A program made the position numbers and the translations under genes. A DNA stretch of 64,000 bases, taken from IMG/VR virus record IMGVR_UViG_3300032038_000026. One strand, written 5' to 3'. Below the pieces are notes generated by a model. That model was not told the DNA's origin. It saw only the letters and a list, made by a program, of their open reading frames with translations, and searched no databases. Source of the DNA: an uncultured virus (IMG/VR IMGVR_UViG_3300032038_000026) (Duplodnaviria > Heunggongvirae > Uroviricota > Caudoviricetes). Of the stretch, positions 46,385 through 54,891 are shown piece by piece; position 1 is the stretch's first letter, and the number at the start of each line of letters is the position of its first letter.

Positions 46385-48237
46385 TATTCTCTAATCTCCG
46401 AAAAATCAATTTTATTAAAGATAAATTCTTTTCTAGGTTCGACATCGCTTCCCATTAACTTTTCCAGCATATATAAACTATCTGAATCTGGTTCGAGTAC
46501 ATCCATGCGCTGAAATTCCGAAGTAAACATTGAACGTTTTGCTTGCTCTGGGCTTAGGGCGCCCAAGCCTTTTGCGCGCTGGACTTCACCTTTAATCTTG
46601 CTACGAACTTTATTAAATTCTTCATCTGTAAAGTAATAAGATTCATTTTTTCCATTCTTTACAATGTAAAGTGGAGAGCGAAGCCAACAAAGACGTTTTT
46701 CATTTAAGAACTCCGGCGCGAGGTATCGAAGTGCGGCCATTATAAGGAGTCCTATATGGTAGCCATCACTATCTGCATCTGTACAAATTCCAATTCGTCC
46801 ATATCTAAGTTTAGATGCATTATACTTCCCTGGTACAATATTCATCGCACTACAAAGTAACTTAATCTCTTCATTTTGAAAAATCTTTTCTTCTGGATGG
46901 GCTAAGCAATTCAAAATCTTTCCTCGAATAGCTAAGATTCCATAATTCTTATAATCGCGCGCTTTCGCAATGCCGCCGGCTGCAGAGTCACCCTCGACAA
47001 TAAGTAGAGTTGCATTTTGTCCAAGAAACTCAGCGTCTTTAAGTTTATCAGATGAAAATACTTTTTTCTTTTGATTCTTTTCGATGTCTTTTGTTGCTTC
47101 GAGAACTTGCTTGCGCGCGCGTTCAGCCGCAGCTTCTGCCTTAGCAATTTTCTTTAACAGTTCAACAATACTTTCAAATTCTTCATTATATTTCACTTTC
47201 ATTTGTTTTAGCGCATTACTAAAACAATTTGATGCAAGAGTACGAAGATTTGTATTATTAATTTTGGATTTGGTTTGATTTGCGAAGGATGGTTGTGAGA
47301 CTGAACAATTAATTACATAGAATAAACCGCCGCGGATTGCATCACCATCAAAATTCTGTTTTGAAAGCGAATTAAACGTGCGCGTGATTGAGGTTTTTGC
47401 GCCGGTGATGGGGCTGCCGCCCTCAGGACAAAGTAAGCCATTTACAAAAACGTATGACTGTTCTTTACCACTACCCCACTGGAAAGCAATTTCAAGCTTA
47501 TCACCGTTTGTATCAGTTACTGTATCATAGATGATATGTTTATGAAGTGGTTTGGAATTATTATCTTTTACAAAATCAATAATACCATTTTTGGCACAAT
47601 AAGATTTGACTTCTTTTGTATTTTGATTTGTAATAGTAAAAGTAATACCGCTATAAAGATAACTAATATTTTTTATATCTTCACAAATTTTTTTATATGA
47701 GTAACCGATTTCTCCAGTTTTAAATACTTCGGGGTCTGGACTAAATTCAACAATAGTGCCATTTTGAAAGGTGGTATCATATTCTTCATAAGATTCTAAT
47801 TCACCTTTTTTAAATGATGCATGCGCTGCTTTGCCATCGCGCGCAGAAAAAACATCAAACCATCGCGCACTTAGGCATACACATTTAGCTCCAATACCAT
47901 TAAGACCGCTGGCATTTTTGTATGCGCCTTCTTCAAATTTACCACCAGTATGAGATTTAGAATAAATAGATACAAGAACATTCTCTCCATCTTCTCTCAT
48001 TCCGAATGGCACGCCGCGGCCATAATCTCTTACTCTAATAGCATTAAGCTCTTCATCTACTGAAATTTCAATTTTATCACCATATCCAGCAATAGCTTCG
48101 TCAGTAGAATTATTTATGATTTCTTTAAAAGCTTGATACGTACCTTCAAGGTCATCAGAACCGAGGTACATCTGAATACGTGATCTTACTCCATCTTTAA
48201 AAGAAAGAGATTGAATATCATTTATTCCATAACTCAT
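46384..48237 (-). CDS. gyrB: Type IIA topoisomerase subunit B (GyrB/ParE-like)
   Basis: EIINNSTDE, DYGRG, HTGGKF, EGDSA, IRGKILN, DADSDG, KGLG. Confidence 0.92.
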   Translation of the reverse strand: MSYGINDIQSLSFKDGVRSRIQMYLGSDDLEGTYQAFKEIINNSTDEAIAGYGDKIEISVDEELNAIRVRDYGRGVPFGMREDGENVLVSIYSKSHTGGKFEEGAYKNASGLNGIGAKCVCLSARWFDVFSARDGKAAHASFKKGELESYEEYDTTFQNGTIVEFSPDPEVFKTGEIGYSYKKICEDIKNISYLYSGITFTITNQNTKEVKSYCAKNGIIDFVKDNNSKPLHKHIIYDTVTDTNGDKLEIAFQWGSGKEQSYVFVNGLLCPEGGSPITGAKTSITRTFNSLSKQNFDGDAIRGGLFYVINCSVSQPSFANQTKSKINNTNLRTLASNCFSNALKQMKVKYNEEFESIVELLKKIAKAEAAAERARKQVLEATKDIEKNQKKKVFSSDKLKDAEFLGQNATLLIVEGDSAAGGIAKARDYKNYGILAIRGKILNCLAHPEEKIFQNEEIKLLCSAMNIVPGKYNASKLRYGRIGICTDADSDGYHIGLLIMAALRYLAPEFLNEKRLCWLRSPLYIVKNGKNESYYFTDEEFNKVRSKIKGEVQRAKGLGALSPEQAKRSMFTSEFQRMDVLEPDSDSLYMLEKLMGSDVEPRKEFIFNKIDFSEIRE

Positions 48238-48273
48238 TTATTTATTTATCTCCTACTGTTTCATTATATAAAT

Positions 48274-48302
48274 ATTATAACATAAAAATATCGAGAAGTC
48301 AA
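48274..48302 (-). promoter_or_regulatory. sigmaA-type promoter for gyrB
   Basis: TTGACT-17-TATAAT with TG; -35 embedded in a hairpin. Confidence 0.75.
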
Positions 48303-48487
48303 ATTTACTTCTCGATACATTATTATATTTAAAGGCTCCGCCTATTTTTCTAATTTTAGTTTATCATAAAATTTAAATTAAATCAACTTTATAAATATAA
48401 AATTTTATTTAGAATTTTAATAATATTAATATTATTATAATATATTAATTTTATTTAACAACGAGAAAAATATTCTCGCTATTGACA

Positions 48488-48877
48488 TTATATCATCATC
48501 CATCCGTACACGCCCGGCTCCCAGACGTTATTGTCTACGGTGGAAATCCACACAGTGCCATTGTGACGCACTTTGTCTCCGCTCATATAGGCGTCTTGAG
48601 CGCCAGTCGGCTGTTTCCATTCTGGGATTTCGCCCGGTTTTGCAATCTCCGCGAACAGTGCGGGAACTTTGTCAGGCTCCCAACCGATCTGAGTTGTGTG
48701 GGCTTGTACTACTCGATATAACTTATCGTTGTAGCAGATGCGGTCATTGACTGCCAGCGCCATACCCTCGCGCCAATGCGGGAACATTTCAGGAGTGTCC
48801 AGCGCGTCCTCGTCAGGGAGGGAAAGCGCCGCCTGTTCGATTCGCTGGCGGTATTTAAGTGCCGTTTGTCGGTTCAT
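48488..48877 (-). CDS. Carbohydrate-binding (CBM5/12-like) small tail-associated protein
   Basis: W...Y..VQAHT...W.P, WKQPTGAQDAY..GDKV, NVWEPG.YGW. Confidence 0.7.
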   Translation of the reverse strand: MNRQTALKYRQRIEQAALSLPDEDALDTPEMFPHWREGMALAVNDRICYNDKLYRVVQAHTTQIGWEPDKVPALFAEIAKPGEIPEWKQPTGAQDAYMSGDKVRHNGTVWISTVDNNVWEPGVYGWMMI

Positions 48878-49085
48878 TGTCGTCCCTCCCCATGATGATG
48901 TTAAGTGCTTCGCTGTCGGTCAGTTCGTCTCCCTCAATGGGCGTGTCTGTTTCTGTATAGGTGAATTTCTCAGGAATGTCAACCGCATCTTCATACAGTG
49001 CGCCAGTCTCCATCTGTCGGATCATCATGCCGGCGTCGGAGTAATGCCGGATGCGCCCATCTGTCAAAGTCTCTGTTATGAGCAT
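48855..49085 (-). CDS. Hypothetical tail-associated protein
   Basis: YSDAG..IRQ.ETG..Y..AVD pattern seen beside phage fibre genes. Confidence 0.6.
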   Translation of the reverse strand: MLITETLTDGRIRHYSDAGMMIRQMETGALYEDAVDIPEKFTYTETDTPIEGDELTDSEALNIIMGRDDNEPTNGT

Positions 49086-49088
49086 TTC

Positions 49089-51179
49089 TTATTCCTCCAC
49101 GTATGTATATGTACTGCTGCTCGGATAATTCGTTGCGCTTGTATATGCCGCCAGCGATCCGGTTGGCACGTAAATGATGCAGTCCGTTTGAACATTATTA
49201 AAAGCACTACTGTTCGCCACGGTCGGAGGTGTGGCTGGCAAAAAGTGAAACTCGGCAAGTCCGTAGCAACTGCTGAACGCATTATTGCTGATGCTCGTTA
49301 CACTATTAGGGATCGTGATGGAGGGAAGAGAGTAGCAGTATTGGAATGCATTGTTGCCGATGCTCGTTACACCATCTGGAATTGTGATAGAGGAAAGAGA
49401 GTAGCAACCGTTGAATGCATTGCTGCTGATGCTCGTTACACTATTAGGGATCGTGATGGAGGGAAGAGAGTAGCAACCGTTGAATGTATTGCTGCCGATG
49501 CTCGTTACACCATCTGGAATTGTGATAGAGGAAAGAGAGTTGCAGTTGCTGAACATATTGTTACCGATGCTCGTTACGCCATCAGGGATCGTGATGGAAG
49601 TAAGAGAGACGCAGTAGTAAAATGCATTGCTGCCGATACTCGTTACACTATCAGGGATCGTGATGGAGGGAAGAGAGTAGCAACCGTTGAATACACTGGT
49701 GCCGATACTCGTTACACTATCTGGAATTGTGATAGAGGAAAGAGAGTAGCAATTGTTGAATGCATTGGTGCCGATGCTCGTTACACTATTAGGGATCGTG
49801 ATGGAGGGAAGAGAGTTGCAGTTGCTGAACATATTGTTACTGATGCTCGTTACGCCATCAGGGATCGTGATGGAAGTAAGAGAGACGCAGTAGTAAAATG
49901 CATAGGTGCCGATGCTCGTTACACTATTAGGAATTGTGATAGAGGAAAGAGAGACGCAGTAGTAAAATGCATAGGTGCCTACACTCACTGAAGCGCCAAG
50001 TTCCACCCGTTTAATGCAATTTGCATACACGCGGCTAATGTTTCCCGTGGTTGCCGTACTCTTTTTAAGGATGTGCGCCACAGTGCTTGTACCGAAGAAA
50101 GCAAAGCTTCCGCTTGATACAGTAAGGGTAATGGTGTAATCGCCTTCAGTTGCATATATATGTTGTACAGTCTTGGCTGTGGTAAGGCTTGTACCCGTCA
50201 GAGTGTCTGTGTTTGAGCCATCTCCCCAGTCAACAACGACCGTCCCATTTACGCCCAAGCCGAGATACGGTGCAAGCCTGCCTTGTTCAAAATGGCAGTA
50301 TATTCTTGTCTTCCCATCATCGGTGATGTACATCTGTCCGATTGTCAGCCCAGCATCCGGCATAGCTGCAAGCTGTGCCTTTGCGTCCGAAAGGCTCCAG
50401 TTCCAGCCCTGAGCGGTCAGTCCTGTGTGTGACGGGTTGGCTGGCATGGCAGTCAAGGCGGCAAACTCTTCGGCTGTGTAACTATGGACAATCGTACCGT
50501 CATAGTCAATGAAGTTGACATCCTTTGGCGATGCGGTTCCACCATCGCCGCCACCGCTGACATTTACGGTTACAGGGCTATACGCCGTGCCAGCTGGTGC
50601 TGTGTATGTGCCGTTGGAATTGACAGAGAGAGGAGATACCGTAACAAGAGAAGAGCCTGTGCCAGTCTGCTTGCCATCGGCGTTAAAGAATACTTTGCCG
50701 CTGGCTACATCAGCGGGTTGAGCGGTTGCTGGTAATGTAAGATAAAACGGTGGGCTACTCATTGGGCCATCTATTCCAGACTCATAGTAGTTATAACTAT
50801 CTCTGAAATAAGCGCCAATCGAAGGATCAATATGCGTGACGGCATACTCTAAAACTTCATTCTCATCCATCCAGGAACCAGATACGGTATCAGGAGATGT
50901 CGGTGCCGCCGCACATACTATGTTTTTCCCTGCCGCATACGCGCTCTGAATCTCTGCAAATGTACGGTCAGGGACATACATCTCTTGTGTTTCGTCCCAG
51001 TTAATGGTTACAATAAAATCGTTTCCGCCGCCAAATGCCGTACCTGTGATAAGTGCACCCGTCCTGTCATGCGCCGTATATCCTTGCAAAAGCTTATCGG
51101 CTGTAACAGTGTCCGATGTCAGGTCTATTAAGGTTGTGTTGCCAAATTGAACTTTATTTACATATGGATTGTTTGCCAT
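49089..51179 (-). CDS. BspA-type leucine-rich-repeat adhesin with PKD-like domain (putative receptor-binding protein)
   Basis: About 10 C.SL.SITIP.SVTSIG..AF repeats; DWGDG..H.Y...G.YT PKD motif; NGTYTAP repeat. Confidence 0.85.
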   Translation of the reverse strand: MANNPYVNKVQFGNTTLIDLTSDTVTADKLLQGYTAHDRTGALITGTAFGGGNDFIVTINWDETQEMYVPDRTFAEIQSAYAAGKNIVCAAAPTSPDTVSGSWMDENEVLEYAVTHIDPSIGAYFRDSYNYYESGIDGPMSSPPFYLTLPATAQPADVASGKVFFNADGKQTGTGSSLVTVSPLSVNSNGTYTAPAGTAYSPVTVNVSGGGDGGTASPKDVNFIDYDGTIVHSYTAEEFAALTAMPANPSHTGLTAQGWNWSLSDAKAQLAAMPDAGLTIGQMYITDDGKTRIYCHFEQGRLAPYLGLGVNGTVVVDWGDGSNTDTLTGTSLTTAKTVQHIYATEGDYTITLTVSSGSFAFFGTSTVAHILKKSTATTGNISRVYANCIKRVELGASVSVGTYAFYYCVSLSSITIPNSVTSIGTYAFYYCVSLTSITIPDGVTSISNNMFSNCNSLPSITIPNSVTSIGTNAFNNCYSLSSITIPDSVTSIGTSVFNGCYSLPSITIPDSVTSIGSNAFYYCVSLTSITIPDGVTSIGNNMFSNCNSLSSITIPDGVTSIGSNTFNGCYSLPSITIPNSVTSISSNAFNGCYSLSSITIPDGVTSIGNNAFQYCYSLPSITIPNSVTSISNNAFSSCYGLAEFHFLPATPPTVANSSAFNNVQTDCIIYVPTGSLAAYTSATNYPSSSTYTYVEE
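49270..49985 (-). repeat. 69-bp tandem LRR-coding repeats
   Basis: Recurrent GATGCTCGTTACAC / GGGATCGTGATGGA / GGAATTGTGATAGAGG units at 69-nt spacing. Confidence 0.9.
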
Positions 51180-51190
51180 ATGCTACCTCC

Positions 51191-51778
51191 TTATGAGGCT
51201 ATCGTGGCTGTCTTTCCTCCAGCCGCGTTGTCCGTCTCTGTGTACTGAATCGCATTGACAGTTACCTGAGATAAGCAGTTAAATTCTGTATCTGGCAGAA
51301 CTGTTTGTGATGTTGTGGTAGGTGTAACCGTCTTTGCTTGTGGCTTCATATTCTCCGATCCACTCATCGTACCTGTAATTCCGAGGATCGTAATGTTTTC
51401 GCGGATATTATTTGGCACAAGTGCACTAGCACTCGCGTCATCCAGCCCTACCGTTCCGCTGCCATCATGATAGCCCTGCTGAATAGTATACGGTGTCGTC
51501 TTAGATGAAATAGTACCAGATACTGCTCCACGGTTGGGCATTGTACCGGTTAAGACTGAGCCGCCTTTTGCAAATGTTTTTGTTGCAAGTACCTCTGCTA
51601 CTGCTGCAGTACAATCTGATGAGTCAACATCATAGGTACTTGTGCCAGTTGCCGACGCACCACTCGGCAAATGGAATTTTACTCCACTCTGAACATCTTC
51701 TGCTGTTATGGTATCTCCAGTGAGGTCGATGAGAATATTACCACCATAAATTACTTTGTTTACATATTGATTAGTCAT
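51191..51778 (-). CDS. Tail fibre-associated protein
   Basis: VNKVIYGG.ILIDLTGDT N-terminus shared with the 49089 gene; GTMPNRG..GYHDGSG. Confidence 0.65.
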   Translation of the reverse strand: MTNQYVNKVIYGGNILIDLTGDTITAEDVQSGVKFHLPSGASATGTSTYDVDSSDCTAAVAEVLATKTFAKGGSVLTGTMPNRGAVSGTISSKTTPYTIQQGYHDGSGTVGLDDASASALVPNNIRENITILGITGTMSGSENMKPQAKTVTPTTTSQTVLPDTEFNCLSQVTVNAIQYTETDNAAGGKTATIAS

Positions 51779-52349
51779 TTGTAACATCCTCCGCTATAAA
51801 TACTGTTTTTCCGCTAAAATTATTTGATGTTTCATAGTAAGGCACTTTCGTAACAGTAAGGTCATCCGTCATGAGAAGATCTTTAGTTGGTAAAATCTGT
51901 GCCTTGTCTGCTTTTGGTATGACTGTGTAATCGCCCGTGTAGCGAATTAAAGCTGGTTCTGCCTATGTTATAAAAGGCATATCCATTAGATATGTTTTTC
52001 CATCTCCTATTTTAATACCAGGAATAGTTTTTTCTACTCCATCAATAGTTATAGTCTAATAATCAGAATAAATATAGATTGTTCCTTCTGTAGAAATGAG
52101 ATCTTGCTACGAGTTCCATTCCTATGTTGTGCCATATAAAATAGAACGTAAACCTAACTACTATAAAGAAATATTACCCTATAATGTAGTTGAATTAATT
52201 TGCGGTTTATTTCTTAAGTTATTATAATCCTACCCTTGTGAAGGTGGGCCTGGATTAATACTTTCAGCAAAATCTAAATTATAATTATTACCTATATTTA
52301 ATTCAATAGTGCTGCCATCATCTAAAACAATTCCATGTTCTACTTTCAT
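51771..52349 (-). CDS. Fibre-module protein with KIGDG motif (multiple TAG; absent from ORF track)
   Basis: DYNNLRNKPQIN..L*GN.SL**LGL, GIKIGDG, YTGDYTVIPK; overlaps both neighbours. Confidence 0.7.
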
Positions 52350-52663
52350 TATGTAAGTACCTCTCTTATTAAGTTTTTAGAGAGATTAATAGTTTTTATT
52401 CTTGTAGCAGCACGGGCACCATTTTCATAAATCCAATTAAGCTAGATTTCAGCAGTTAAATTGTATTTAAAAGAAAAAGTTTCTTCTTGAGTAAATGTTA
52501 CAGAAATAGTATTTCTATCTATTATCGTAACATCTTCACCTGTTTTTGTATAAGAAATACTTCCTTGTTTAATAGTAAAATAAATTTTTTCAACCGATGT
52601 AAAATCTAAAGTTTCATCATCAGTGACTTTTAAAGTAAAAGTAGGTGTCGTCCCTATTATCAA
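52349..52663 (-). CDS. BppU-like small baseplate/fibre adaptor (one TAG)
   Basis: GGAGG + TTG start; IGTTPTF..., AEI*LNW; TAATG overlap. Confidence 0.6.
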
Positions 52664-52729
52664 AATAGTCACCTCCAATGTAATATCTATCAACAAAAAG
52701 TTGAAGAAGTCTGGTAGCACTCTGATAAT

Positions 52730-52758
52730 TTGATTATTAAATAATTTTGTTATATAAT
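52730..52758 (+). promoter_or_regulatory. sigmaA-type promoter
   Basis: TTGATT-17-TATAAT. Confidence 0.65.
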
Positions 52759-52777
52759 ATAAGTAGAAGGTGATAAA

Positions 52778-53287
52778 ATGTTTAAGGTAAAGAAAATTAA
52801 GACAGATGAAATAGTTCAAGTATTAAATGCAACTTGTGATGAGTATGGCAAGACTTGGTTCCTTATTTGGGAGAATGATGGATGGAGATGGCGGCCAGCC
52901 AATGATTTTTGCCCGCCGAATTATAAACCAAAGAAAAAACTTATTATCGCGGGCAGTCGTGATTTTAATGATTTTAAATTAGTGCGATTTGTTTTGGATG
53001 ATGAAGTAAATGAGATTGCAGAAGTAGTATGTGGCGAAGCTAAAGGTGCTGATACGCTAGGTAAAACTTGGGCGCAATTTCATAATATTCCTGTTAAAAG
53101 TTTTCCTGCCGATTGGCAAACTCATGGTTCGGCCGCTGGATACATAAGAAATCATGAGATGGGAGATTATGCAGATGAATTAATTGCTTTTTGGGATGGT
53201 AGTAGTCCTGGGACAAAAGAAATGATTGAATATATGAAGAAAATAAATAAACCAGTACGAATTGTAGAGTATCCTAAATTGCCATAA
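52778..53287 (+). CDS. SLOG-family (DUF2493/YspA-like) protein with short N-terminal domain
   Basis: IIAGSRDF, GEAKGAD, AG.IRN.EM, AFWDG.S.GT. Confidence 0.8.
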   Translation: MFKVKKIKTDEIVQVLNATCDEYGKTWFLIWENDGWRWRPANDFCPPNYKPKKKLIIAGSRDFNDFKLVRFVLDDEVNEIAEVVCGEAKGADTLGKTWAQFHNIPVKSFPADWQTHGSAAGYIRNHEMGDYADELIAFWDGSSPGTKEMIEYMKKINKPVRIVEYPKLP

Positions 53288-53291
53288 AAAT

Positions 53292-53320
53292 TTGATTTTC
53301 TAAAAATTTTATGTTATAAT
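53292..53320 (+). promoter_or_regulatory. sigmaA-type promoter
   Basis: TTGATT-17-TATAAT with TG. Confidence 0.7.
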
Positions 53321-53375
53321 AATTATAAACGTGGATAGGAACACGTTAATATAAATATAAAAGGAGATATTTATT

Positions 53376-53654
53376 ATGAAATATTATAGTGAAGTAACTA
53401 ATAAGGTATATGATACAGTAAACGCACTTAAAGAAGCAGAAATGGAAGTCACTAATAAAGCGAACGCGCGCAAGGCCGATGCGGAAAAGGTTGAAGCTGC
53501 GGAGAAGGCTTGTATAGAAGCACGAATTGCTTATGAGAAAACACTTAGCGATTTCTGTAAAAAGTATGGCTCATATCATAAAACTTTTAGTGTAAATGAA
53601 GCAGAAAAAGGATTAGATTCACTTTCAAAACTTGTTGATGCTTTATTTAATTAA
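53376..53654 (+). CDS. Hypothetical early protein
   Basis: MKYYSE..; FCKKYGSYH; AAGGAG RBS; own promoter and terminator. Confidence 0.75.
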   Translation: MKYYSEVTNKVYDTVNALKEAEMEVTNKANARKADAEKVEAAEKACIEARIAYEKTLSDFCKKYGSYHKTFSVNEAEKGLDSLSKLVDALFN

Positions 53655-53657
53655 ATT

Positions 53658-53690
53658 TAACTCCTCAATTTTGAGGAGTTATTTTTTTAT
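53658..53690 (+). terminator. Intrinsic terminator
   Basis: TAACTCCTCAA-tt-TTGAGGAGTTA followed by T7. Confidence 0.8.
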
Positions 53691-53771
53691 TTAATTAAAA
53701 AATGTAATTTTTATGCTTTACAAGTTACTTTTTTTTGAAAATAGTTTATATTAAAAGGTGGGGTTATAGTA

Positions 53772-54143
53772 ATGGGTTATTTTTAGAATGTATATCTTGA
53801 TATTAATCCTGAAAAATCATATACTGTAATTAATGCAAAACAATTTGATTCTGGCACAAGAGGTATTATTGCTCATATTACTAATAATGGAGAACCCTAT
53901 ACAATCACAGGAGACAATGTAGTTTTTAGAGTAAAAAGACCAGATGGGCATATAATAACTAATGATGCTATTATTAATTAGAATGGAACTGTTACTGCAT
54001 TATTTTTACCAGAATGTTTAACTGTATATGGGCGCGCGTATGCTGATATAGCTGAAATAATTTAGGTAGATGAAAATAATAAAAAAATTTTATCTACCGT
54101 AACATTTATTTTAAATATTAAACCTTCTCCTAATATAGAATAA
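53772..54143 (+). CDS. BppU N-terminal-domain protein, copy 1 (TAG read-through; absent from ORF track)
   Basis: AKQFD...R, KRPDG, LST..F.L motifs; paralog of 54256. Confidence 0.75.
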
Positions 54144-54255
54144 ATAAATATTTAATAAATTGTTTTTAAAAAAATCTAAAATTTTGTTAACTATTTATTT
54201 TTTATATTTTTATAACTATATAGTTAACTTTATAAATGAAAGAGAGGTGAAATAA

Positions 54256-54882
54256 ATGGAATACCTTCAACAAGTATATCTTGATATTAATCCAAATGAT
54301 TTATATACTGTAGTTACTGCAAAACAGTTTGACACCAATTCAAGAGGTATTATTGCTCGTATTATGGAAGATGGACGAGAGCATACAATTACAGGAGATA
54401 GATTTGAATTAAGAGTAAAAAAACCAGATGGGCATGTAGTAATATCAAGTGCAACTATTAATAATGATTAGAGTGTTACTGCAATATTTAATGAATAGTG
54501 TTTATTAGTAAATGGTAGAGCTTATGCAGATTTAGCAGAAATAAAAAATGGAGAAATTTTATCTACTGCTCCTTTTATAATTGATATAAAACCTTCTCCG
54601 AATCCAGATAAAGCTTAGGCAGAATCAACAGATGAATATTCTATTTTATATGATTTGATTAATGGAGCAGATAATGTTATTAATACCGCTCGAGATTTTG
54701 CAGAAGATGCGGAAGCATGGGCAAATGGGACTAGAAATAATATACAAATAACAAGTAATGATGAAGCTTATAATAAAAATTCAAAATATTGGGCTGGTAG
54801 AGCAAAAAATGTAATAGAAAGTATGGTTTTTTCAATAGTACCTGAAACTGGAAATCTAACTGTTACTTTTGAAAACCCATAA
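54256..54882 (+). CDS. BppU N-terminal-domain protein, copy 2 (TAG read-through)
   Basis: Joins fragments 54256 and 54655; AKQFD, KKPDG, AEAWA.GTR, NSKYWA. Confidence 0.75.
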
Positions 54883-54891
54883 GGAGGTAAT

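Noticed and set aside
28086..48237. Inteins or introns in nrdD, dnaE, dnaB, gyrA, gyrB
   Set aside because: Lengths are normal, frames are continuous, and no intein termini or homing endonuclease motifs were noticed.
49270..49985. CRISPR array
   Set aside because: Repeats are contiguous 69-nt in-frame coding units with no unique spacers and no cas genes.
48738..49991. 417-aa + strand repetitive ORF
   Set aside because: Antisense shadow of the LRR repeats; no RBS or recognisable domain.
52442..52819. 125-aa ORF as given in the track
   Set aside because: Its 5' part overlaps a divergent promoter and gene; the real gene probably starts at TTG 52663 after GGAGG and reads through TAG to 52349.
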